Part shown: positions 37,701-47,734 of the stretch, one piece after another
Layout: every line of letters starts with the position of its first letter
How positions within the stretch are numbered: position 1 is the stretch's first letter
Source of the DNA: Balanoglossus misakiensis
Taxonomy: Eukaryota > Animalia > Hemichordata
Direction of reading: 5' to 3'
Assembly: GCA_040954595.2 (NCBI GenBank)
Contig: CM082591.2
Location: 7,740,047 to 7,804,046, forward strand
DNA length: 64,000 nt
Notes under the pieces: model-generated
What the model was told of the DNA's origin: nothing
The model's database searches: none
The model's input: only the letters and a program-made list of their open reading frames with translations
Program-made: the position numbers and the translations under genes

Positions 37701-39960
37701 GAACCATGAGTGTTTTTTGTTGGCTCAAAAATGCCCACAAAAATATGTAACTTAAATTAGAACCCTTACCAAAAATGTTTTATAAGTTTATGTTCCATGT
37801 GGAAACTGTTGAACAGAATATCTACATAAGTTTGTGTGTTTGTTTGTTTGTTTGTTTGAACATACCTTTTGACTTTCTGCTTTGGTCAATTGTGTGTTCC
37901 TGGCGTTCTTTCTTCTCTGGTGACATCAGACCGGCAAATTTAGCATAACTCTTGTTCACATCCTCACTCACTTTGAAAGCATTCTTCAGTTCCGTAGCTT
38001 GGATAAAGGCAAGCCTGATGTTACTGACAACCTTCATTATCCTCTCTACTTTTCCATCAATGGTGTTAGGCAATAAGAAGGTTTCTGCAAACTCTGGAAA
38101 GTATTTGCTGAGAAACTGACCAAGTTCAGAATCTTCATCAGGTAAGGTTGGTATTCCAATGGCCACAGATTCTAACCCAATAAAACCATACTTCTTGTAG
38201 AAGGATGCAGGAAGACAAATGTGAGACTTAAGCAGTGATGTTTGCAGACTATTTTCTGTGTAATATAAGTTGAGATATGTCTTCACATGATCACTCCTCA
38301 TTTTGGCTGTAAGGCCCTTCAACTCTGTTTGACGGATTTTTGGTGAAGCTCCCAGTATTGACCATACAGGAGGTCTGCGGCCAACTGTTTTCCGTGCATT
38401 TGCTACACTTCCAATGGAAGCAGCCAGCATCTCACATCTGTTCAAGGCTTCTGGTGTATCAAACTGTCCATATGTCAGTATGCGGTGGATTTCCACTTCA
38501 TCTGGTAATGTTGGATCTTTGTCAAAGAAGACTTTCCCGGGTCTTGGAAGGATCTCCATGTGAGGGATACTGGATAGTTTCTTTCCATTAATTTCTGCCC
38601 TGTATTCGTTAGTGAAATGCTCATACATTTTTGGACCAATTGACAATATGACATCAGCTTCACTGGCCATCTTCAGCATCATCTCACTGAGGTTCCCGTC
38701 TGGAATTTCCAACAGACAGTTATCATCTTCATAGGCATGGTTAATCATAACAAGTTTAGCAGCTGGAAACAACTTTGCTCTGATGTCTATAGCAGCGAAT
38801 CCGGTCTTTGGAGCGTAACCAACAACGTACTGGATGTTTTCTAACTTTCTTAGATCAGGAAAGTAGCTTTCATGATTCAACAACCATTTTACATCTGGCT
38901 GATCAGTGATGTCTTTTGGTTCTGCTGGAATCAATGTAACATCACAACTGGCAGCATCTGCCTTCTGGTCATCACTGACTTTGACACCAACAAAGGTGGA
39001 ATAGGCTTTAACAGGTTTTCCTTCTTTGACTTTCCTTGCACAGAAATCTTGTACGAGATTTCTGTGAAACCCGTTCAAGTCACAGTCCTCTTTGTTCCAT
39101 TCTTCATTTATAAATAATACTCCAGGAGGATCAGGAAGATGGAGTTGATGAAGTTTGGCTTCAGGGAAGAGACTTTCATGAATTGCTTTGGCTGCATTCT
39201 GTGTTTGTGGAGAATATCCGACTACATGTTGGATGTTTTTCAGTTCCTTTAGTCCTGGGAAGTAAATGCTATGGTTGAAGAGCCAGTGTTCTCCAGGGGG
39301 ATCTTTCTTTGGATCCAACCACTTGTTTCTTTTGGCTGGAATCAAAGTGACATTCACACTCTTTGCATCTTTCTTTTGTTCTTCACTCACTTCAACTTGA
39401 AGGGTAGTACAGAGGAATTCAGAAACATTCTCAGACTTTATCTTTTCACGGAACTCATTGACAAGCATATGACTTGGTTTTGTAATCTGCCCTTCTGAGG
39501 TTGTATCCCAGGTTGGTAGTAGCAGTAACGCTGCAGCTGGTGGTTCAGGAAGTGAGAGTTGGTGAAGTTTGGCTTCAGGGAAGAGACTTTCATGTATTGC
39601 TTTGGCTGCATTGTGTGTCTGTGGAGAATATCCGACTACATGTTGGATGTTTTTCAGTTTCTTCAGATCTGGAAAGTAGTTACTATGGTTGAAGAGCCAG
39701 TTTACTATTGGGGGATCTTCAAGAGGGTCTGCCCACTTGTTTCTTGTGGCTGGGATCAAAGTAGCACCAACACTCTCTGCATCTTTCTTTTGTTCTTCAC
39801 TCACTTTAACTTCAAGGGTAGTACAGTTGAATTCAGAAATGTTCTCAGACACGAGTGTGTTTTCTTTGAGATGTTTGATTATAGCTTGAGTTGGTTGGGA
39901 GGTCTTTGCCTCCTTGTCCCATGATTTCAATACAACCAGTGCTGCTGATGGTTCTGACAT
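30892..39960 (-). CDS. Multi-exon gene, ~1793 aa: repeated GT-B N-lobes + GT4-like glycosyltransferase + TRADD-N-like domain + coiled coil + 36-aa repeats + NHL beta-propeller
   Basis: Exons 39960-37866, 37634-36981, 36787-36702, 36419-36404, 36220-35960, 35477-34941, 34607-33696, 31712-30892. All introns GT-AG, phases 1,1,0,1,1,1,1 compatible; total 5382 nt is divisible by 3 and ends at TAA 30892. Extra 5' exons are possible. Confidence 0.82.
32081..32651. repeat. 190-bp tandem repeat x3 in the last intron
   Basis: AGGAAATCAGGTCAAAAAT at 32081, 32271 and 32461. Confidence 0.95.
33770..34600 (-). repeat. Coding minisatellite, 108-bp unit (two related 54-bp halves), ~7.5 copies
   Basis: Translates to (PEMRREEETGSGETKHPQ-PETTAEKETGDAKTKPTQ)n within exon 34607-33696. 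Confidence 0.95.
35000..35370 (-). other. Coiled-coil segment
   Basis: Heptad-rich L/K/E/Q sequence: LKSDTKSLKQQMDETLAEKFKLRAENTILENQLKEAIQEKSLLEKQY... Confidence 0.75.
36985..37260 (-). other. TRADD-N-like domain (core)
   Basis: VDVTDMKEGSLQITV...LFKLRATCQSRSLPEAFEPILITDEM...LQLTATYDQARF fits the 'xGSLxITV...L..L......sg.L......LvT' pattern of invertebrate TRADD-like N domains. Confidence 0.6.
37930..39134 (-). other. Family-4-like (GT-B fold) glycosyltransferase domain
   Basis: Motifs VLFINEEW...LNGFHRNL, VMINH, ADVILSIGPKMYEHF and ICLPASFYKKYGFIGLESVAIGIPTL resemble animal GT4/Glycos_transf_1-like domains such as those on coral NLRs. Confidence 0.72.
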
Positions 39961-40499
39961 TGTATTCCTATCAGGAAGAAGTATGGGCAAGGAAATATGT
40001 GAGATTGTAACAACTGTTTCTCTGAAGAGTGACTGTTTAAATATCCATGCACATAGTCACATTGCAATACTGAGTAGGGAGCTAGAAGGTCAAGTGAGGT
40101 CACAGTGTGTTAGAAATCAGGCTTCAACATGTCTGATTAAATATCAACCAAATACCTGAGGTATGTAATTGTCTCAAAACTGACAAAGTATGAATGGAAG
40201 TATGAACTCGTACTTGCCAAGTATGAATGATATAATGTTGGGTAGTATATACGTGTACATGTCACACATTTGCCTTTTGGTTACATTTCATATTGTGCGT
40301 AAAATAAAAAAGTCTTTTTGGTTTTCATTTATTTGCAGATTGGTAAGGTATTTTTTTTAAATGCTACATATTTGAGAAGAAAACTGAACTGTTTATAGGA
40401 CAAATCAAAAAGCTGCAATGATATGTTGGCCTATGATAAGGCTTTTCATGCTCGGCGGCCATCATGCACTTACTCCTGTCAGCGTATGCGCATAGCCCC

Positions 40500-40940
40500 G
40501 CGGCCAGTACATCAATCATTACGATTGCTTTCGAATAGACGTTTAAAGGGACAAAGTCTCTCTCGCTGCCCTTTTTTCATTAATTGTATTTGACACAAGA
40601 CACCGTTTATGTTATTCTACATGTGGATATATAGTGAATCAACGTTTGACCACACGAAACTTCCTTCCCACTTGCAGACACGAGAGTGAAAACTCGCCAA
40701 AATGAATAATCGATGTTTACCATTTATTCATTTTGGCGAGATTTTTACTCTCATATGCTACATATGGGATAGAAGTTGTGTGTGGTTGAATGTTGATTCA
40801 CTACCGGTATATATCCACATGCAAAATAACAACAGTGTCGTGTATCAAACATAATTAATGGAAAAAGGGCAGAGAGAGAGAGACTTTGTCCCTTTAAACG
40901 TCCATTCGAAAGCAATCGTAATGATTGATGTACTGGCCGC
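40500..40940. mobile_element. ~440-bp palindrome: TTAA-flanked AGGGAC MITE (Kolobok-like, 40543-40897) with inverted flanks
   Basis: TTAA|AGGGACAAAGTCTCTCTC...GAGAGAGACTTTGTCCCT|TTAA; the IR continues outward (GCGGCCAGTACATCAATCATTACG / CGTAATGATTGATGTACTGGCCGC). Confidence 0.85.
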
Positions 40941-41425
40941 AGGGCTTTGTCTCTTTAAACATCAAGCGAGCCAAAAGAATCACAGAAAACGAACTTCGTA
41001 ATAATCTGTGCACAATTAAATGTCCGGTATCCAAATATATTGAAAATATTCTACGTAAATGCTTCAAAGAAAGTGGTCGCCCAGACGCATTGAAATGTAC
41101 ATATGTCTACTCGAGGCTAGCCGGAATTGCTTTGTGTGTCATGGGTCTCCACCTTGGTCAAAGGCTACTAATCACCTGACTAGGACTTTTCTCGCTCGAT
41201 CATATAGCGATCGCGTACGCGTCGACTAACTATCGAGATGTGATGTTCATTTTCAACTGAAAATTAGGCCTCAAAAAAACAAAATTGTTCGTAAATTTCT
41301 GATCATTTGATCATCGGCCGACATTAGAGAGATTCTCTACCAAAAATGGGGCTTCAAAAATAAAATAAAAGTTGTTCGTAAATTCCCGATGATACATTGA
41401 TTTATTTTCGTAAATTTCCATTTCC

Positions 41426-44400
41426 ATTACCATAATCATTATTTAGGATTTGTTGTTATTACATCTAGTACACTAAAAGAATAAAGTGCTTTTCAGTGAG
41501 AACATGAAAGTGTTAAATTATAAGAATTTGAAGTTTGTAGACCTCCATATGACCAATGGCCAGGATGTATAGCTTGTATAGCCTTTGTTATAAAATGGCG
41601 ACAAAACATGTTGTTAATACATGTACAGTTATTCTACATGATTGACAGATTGATACTGTGGAAGGGCAGTGGAGCCTGGAAGGTCAAATGAGGTCACACC
41701 GTGACAATATGTTTGGTTTAAATGTTAACTATATATTATACTGTACATTAACACCATGTCCAAGTATAATGGACAGATAGCTAAACCTTAAGATAAATTC
41801 TGTTATCATTACTTAAAGGTGTGTGATCACAATCTATTTTTGGTACCTTGTTATCTTATCAAATATTTGCAGTGTGCAGACCACAGTTACCAGCAGCATT
41901 ATGGTATTTGTAAAGTTTAGGTTTGAAATGATCCATCAAAAGTGTTCTTGGGAGAAATATGTTGAAATGTCAATCATTACTTATTGATCAAAATTGACCT
42001 GCATGCAGTGCATTTAAAATAAGTTTCATTCTTTCATTTTCAATTCATGTCTGGAAGGGAGCATTCAAAAAATTGACATGACAGCTTTTCCCCTTGCAGA
42101 TTTAGACGTGGTGGGTATGGCCATACACACAAATAGGCCGTTCACATTACTCAAAAAAGGCTAGGCCCTTGTCCTAGCAAGGTCTGTGGCCGAGCAAAAA
42201 GAAACAGGTGTGAACGGGTCTGGCCGACCCTAATTGTCCGGACAATTTTGGTCCCAGTCTAATATTGTTACAATCATCAGGATTAGTTTTGCCCGGCCAT
42301 GGGCCTAGATGTGAATCCAGCACACGTCTATTAATATTCATGAGTTTACTGTTCTTGTTTACGTACACTCATACAACAATTGGAAATCTTGAGAATGGCT
42401 ATTACATCAAGTTGACACCCCCCCCCCCAACCCCCCCCCCCCCACCCCCGCACGTGTACCGGTAGGTCGTGTACATAAACAAAAATAGTCTGGTGTGTGG
42501 AGCCGCCTCCCCTTTTTTACAGGAAGTACTTTCGAAATATTTTTTATACAATCAGTCCACACTCATGATCAGTTTTGTGTCAGAATTTTATAATAGTCAT
42601 GGCAACATTGGGAGTAAGACTCTGCCTCTGATTGGGGCCGTTTTAAACTGGGGTTTGTTTGGCGACTTTTAGGACCACGGTCATGTCACACTTGCCATGC
42701 TGGGGACTTGCAGGGGGTGGGGGTGCTTGTTGACAGTGCCAAGAGAAGACGGCCAGTTTGAGCTTGTACTTCTGGCCGAATAGCGCAGTGCCAACCCAAT
42801 TTACCTCTAATAAACTTTATAAAATATATAATACATTGTAACACTAAATTGTTCAGTGGGACGATTTTTGTCATCATTTCTGAGCAACACAACAGCATCG
42901 TTTGGATTGCTCTTTCTCTAGGAAATCGCTCAAGCTTATAAAACATGAGGTCTGTGCGGCTCCACTCGTCAGATTCTCATCAATGTCTATCACCTACCCA
43001 ATCATTTCAAAGGGGTGATCAAAATGGCCAGAACAGCCAATTTTAACCAACCAGGTTCAAGAACCTGAGAAAAGGTGCTAAAAGCATGCAATAGATATAT
43101 TGACAAGATAAACATTGGGAACAGTAGGATTAAAGGAGGTGTAACTGGTCCAACCTGTTCAGTTTTAGTGTGGGGCACGGCTGGAATGATAAAAATAATG
43201 TTGCTTTCATAATTATTACCAAGTTTCAGTATTAATAAATCATGTATGTGGCCAGATCTATTAATTCAAATCAATAAAAATGTAGAGACTTGGGAACAGT
43301 AGGATAAAGGGAGGTGTGACTGGTCCAGCTTGTTCAGTTTTAGTGTGGGGCACGGCTGGAATGATAAAAATAATGTTGCTTTCATAATTATTACCAAGTT
43401 TCAGTATTAATAAATCATGTATGTGGCCAGATCTATTAATTCAAATCAATAAAAATGTAGAGACTTGGGAACAGTAGGATAAAGGGAGGTGTGACTGGTC
43501 CAACCTGTTCAGTTTTAGTGTGGGCCACGGCTGGAATGATAAAAATAATGTTGCTTTCATAATTATTACCAAGTTTCAGTATTCATAATTATCATACATG
43601 CAATGCCTGTATTTGTCACTTTCTGTTGTTCTCACAGTGAAGATATTATAAAGTATTTCACTCGGTGAAACTATTTTTGATAACGCGCTGAAATCATCAC
43701 ACAGCGTTGACTCAGTGATTGGCGCGAGAGTTCGCTGCGCGCGAGCGACATACGGGGCATAGGACTCTAGTGGAGAGGGGTGTTGTAAAATTTGGTAATT
43801 AGAAGCTGTAATAAAGTTTTCAAAGCTGGCGGTTTTGTCATGTTGAATGTAGCATTTTTACTTCTTCGGAATTCTCAATGCAAAATAATTGTTAACATGA
43901 TATTTTGAAAGAGAACATAGACAATTTTATTTAGAATGAGGATGTGCCCATCGTAATGAAAGCTGCCAACCCCCTTAAAATAATACTACGGCCTACACGT
44001 TGATCACCTGAACGCATCGCCCTGTCTCACTTGGCTATGGGCTACTGTCGTGATCCCAGGGCACCCGGTTCAAATTTTTGGCCGTGAAATTGTTTTTCTC
44101 GGAGCATTTTTCGCAAATCATACTGTTTTATAGGTAGGCATGTATGATAAAGGGGTTATTACACAAATTTTGGTCGATAATGCGACGCATTCTCGTGATG
44201 TCCGTATTTTGACGAGTTGTGAAGCAACGAGTCAAAATACGATGCGTTATCGACCAAAAAAAACAAGATAATAAATCATCAGCTCCAGTAGAACATACCT
44301 CTCAAAACGGTTGTTTCTGAGTGGTTGATTCCTTCCCTAGTTAGAGCTTCAATCCAGGTACATCTGAAATAAGTGATATTAGTCGCATGTAAATACAAAT

Positions 44401-44640
44401 CCTAGACATTTTTCATTTAGGTCTATTTTCAAGTTGACAAAAGTTTAGAGGCTTAATTGTTGAGTTATTCCAATAGAATTCTTCTTGTTGATGTCGGGTT
44501 CTGTTAGTTGAAAATGAAAGAGGGTGTGGCTCGAGTTTGAGGACTGACAGAAAAAGAGAGAAAATATCACCAAATATTCAATGTGACGTACGTACCTCTT
44601 AATGTTGTAACAGAGTGTTTGATTTCCTCACAAAGTAGAA
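41426..44640. repeat. Segmental duplication of non-coding flank shared with 1069-3250
   Basis: Blocks 1069-~2000 = 41426-~42560, ~2000-2530 = ~43698-44255, ~2900-3250 = ~44260-44640; high identity with indels. Confidence 0.9.
43115..43590. repeat. 175-bp tandem repeat, ~2.7 copies
   Basis: TTGGGAACAGTAGGAT at 43115, 43290 and 43465. Confidence 0.93.
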
Positions 44641-44850
44641 CTCTCCAGGTGAATAACTGAAGCTAAGGTCCCAAAAGTATCAAGAATGCTAGTGCTCACC
44701 AGAGAAAAATGGCAGATAAAGTTGCTGATCGATCTACCAAGTGCTGTACACTTGTCATGTGATCTGACTTTAAATACCTGTGTTGTACATTGTATCACAT
44801 ACAATCTGGACACAAAGTTCAATTGCCATCGCGTCCATTTAGAACATGTC
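44299..44850 (-). other. Homologous candidate 5' exons upstream of paralog 2
   Basis: 44363-44299 (tttcag|...GAGAG|gtatgt), unit ending 44596 (AGAG|gtacgt) and unit ending 44778 (ACACAG|gtattt); same sequence families as at 2637-3581. Confidence 0.5.
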
Positions 44851-46100
44851 AGCTATTGAAATTCAGTTAACTTTGAAAATGTTTCAATGCAACTTCATTA
44901 ACTAAAACTTTTTCAAATGTTTACAATATTCCTTGGTGACTGAAAATTTGTTATCTTCAGCTCAATTTAACCATTTTTTTTTTATTCTGTTAAATTTCCC
45001 TCTGCTGTTTGTTGACAAGACAGTTGGTTTAAAGGTTAGATAAGACCAGTTGCACGTATACCACTGTCAACTTATCACATCAGTCTGGACTCTGTCAAAG
45101 TTTAATTGCCATCGCGTCCATTTGGAACGTGTCAGCAATTGAAATTCAGTTAACTTTGAATTGTTTCAATGGAACTTCATTAACTAAAACTTTTTCAAAT
45201 GTTTACAATATTCCTTGGTGACTGAAAATTTGTTATCTTCAGCTCAATTTAACCATTTTTTTTTATTCTGTTAAATTTCCCTCTGCTGTTTGTTGACAAG
45301 ACAGTTGGTTTAAAGGTTAGATAAGACCAGTTGCACGTATACCACTGTCAACTTATCACATCAGTCTGGACTCTGTCAAAGTTTAATTGCCATCGCGTCC
45401 ATTTAGAACATGTCAGCTATTGAAATTCAGTTAACTTTGAAAATGTTTCAATGCAACTTCATTAACTAAAACTTTTTCAAATGTTTACAATATTCCTTGG
45501 TGACTGAAAATTTGTTATCTTCAGCTCAATTTAACCATTTTTTTTTATTCTGTTAAATTTCCCTCTGCTGTTTGTTGACAAGACAGTTGGTTTAAAGGTT
45601 AGATAAGACCAGTTGCACATATACCACTGTCAACTTATCACATCAGTCTGGACTCTGTCAAAGTTTAATTGCCATCGCGTCCATTTGGAACGTGTCAGCA
45701 ATTGAAATTCAGTTAACTTTGAATTGTTTCAATGGAACTTCATCATCTTCTACTCAATTTAACCATTTATTTTTTTTCTGTAAAATTTCCCTTTGCTGTT
45801 TGTTAACAGGACAGTTGGTTTAAAGGTCTGATAAGACCAGTTGCACATATACCACTGTTAACTTATCACGTCAGTCTGGACTCTGTCAAAGTTTAATTGC
45901 CATCGCGTCCATTTGGAACGTGTCAGCAATTGAAATTCAGTATTTGAAAATGTTTCAATGCAACTTTATCATCTTCTACTCAATTTAACCATATATTTTT
46001 TTCTGTTAAATTTTCCTTTGCTGTTTAATTGTTAACGGGACAGTTGGCTTAATGAGGTAAAGGTCCGATAAGACCAGTTGCACATATACCACTGTTAACT
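44814..46100. repeat. ~282-bp tandem repeat, ~4.7 copies
   Basis: AATTGCCATCGCGTCCATTT recurs at ~44821, 45104, 45385, 45667 and 45895; later copies carry a deletion. Confidence 0.93.
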
Positions 46101-47430
46101 GATTAAAATTTAGTCATCCAAATTAAGAGCAAATATGGATAATGTGAACAAGTTGTAAAATTTATAATTCAGCAAAAAAATTAAGTAGTATAGCAAAATT
46201 TACTTCTCACAAACAGTAACGGCCGCTGATCTATTTCAAACAATCAAGACAGTTTTTGATTGATGGTACTTTGTCAAACAATGAAGCAAAGATGAATGTC
46301 TACCATTTGATTTTATCAGTTTAGATATGCCAGGCTTTGCAGGTATTTTGTTTATTTTGTGATTTGTTCTGTGTTAATGTCATTCTGTCCCAAGGGACAA
46401 TATCGTAGTTGATAAGCAAGTGGCCTCTGAGTATTGGAACTGTATATAACCGTACATTTCTAAAAAAATGAAATAAATTGTAGCTACCAGAGGCAAACAT
46501 TAGATATTGGCAAAACAGGATTAAAGTGGCCCATGTCATTGTGATTGAAACATCTCCAAAAAGTGAATAAATAATGATTTATTTTATCCATTTAAGCACT
46601 GTCTCATTCACTCCTAGTGAAGTCACTCAGAACATTCAATTTAATTTCTCACAATGATATTATTTTCCATTGCAGATTTTCAAAGGCTATGCAGGAGAGG
46701 ACTGTAAATGTCTCACTGTCAATTTACTAATCTTGAATTTTATTTTATTCAAGTACTCATAGTTCAAGTAGGCTTACTGGTGGGTTCTAGGACAGCCACC
46801 CCCTGGACATGTACCCACCAAGCATTTACCTAAGTACTAAATATGTATGACCATAACACTGACTCTGCAATCTGCATGATGAACGTCCAGGGGGAAAGCG
46901 TCCCGTCCTAATATTTACTGAAGTATTAACCACAATCTTATCTGACACTGTTTCATGTTGGTTGTGGGACAGCACAAAATCAAACACAAAATGTCCCTCA
47001 CATATAAACCAATTTTCCAAGCAAACTAGTCTGCAGTTCTTAACTTGTTGAGTTTTGATCATTTTCACATTTTCTCAACTCAACTACATGCTTTTGATAG
47101 TGACTTAATCATTTCAATAAAATCTGAATGCAAGTCATTCAGGTGACATGCAACTTTTATCTACCAGCTCTCCAGCACCAATGCCATCGCAGCTGTGCAG
47201 TCACATGATCAAAATAAATAAACAACTCAGCAAATCCACCATCAGAAGAACACAGGAATAACAGAAAGAAAGTGAATATCTGATATAGTGTGATATTTCA
47301 ATTTTTTATTTTAACAAACATTTTCGTATTACAAAGTTAACATATGACGTCCAATATTTTTGACATTAACAAAATGAAATGATTTACATAAATTCAGATA
47401 TATGAATGTACACACACATTGCCACTTTGT

Positions 47431-47590
47431 AGGGACAAAGTCTCTCTTTCTCTGCCCCTTTTCCATTAATTATCTTTGATACAAGACATCTTCTATGTTA
47501 AAGAGACAAAGTCTCTCTCACTGCCCTTTTTCCATTAATTATCTTTGATACAAGACATCTTCTATGTTAAAGAGACAAAGTCTCTCTTTA
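47431..47590. repeat. Tandemly reiterated TIR fragment of the AGGGAC MITE
   Basis: (a)g(g/a)gacaaagtctctct...ctgcccttttccattaattatctttgatacaagac x~2.3. Confidence 0.75.
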
Positions 47591-47734
47591 ATTGTCATGG
47601 TCAAGACTGTCTGTAAATTGATGATTCTCACATGGAAATAAAAAGACATTAAAAACCTGAAATTGTTTTCTATGTTTTAATTTGGTTTGTATGTAATGAA
47701 TTTGATTGTCCTTGTCATCATATCCGTGCTGCAG

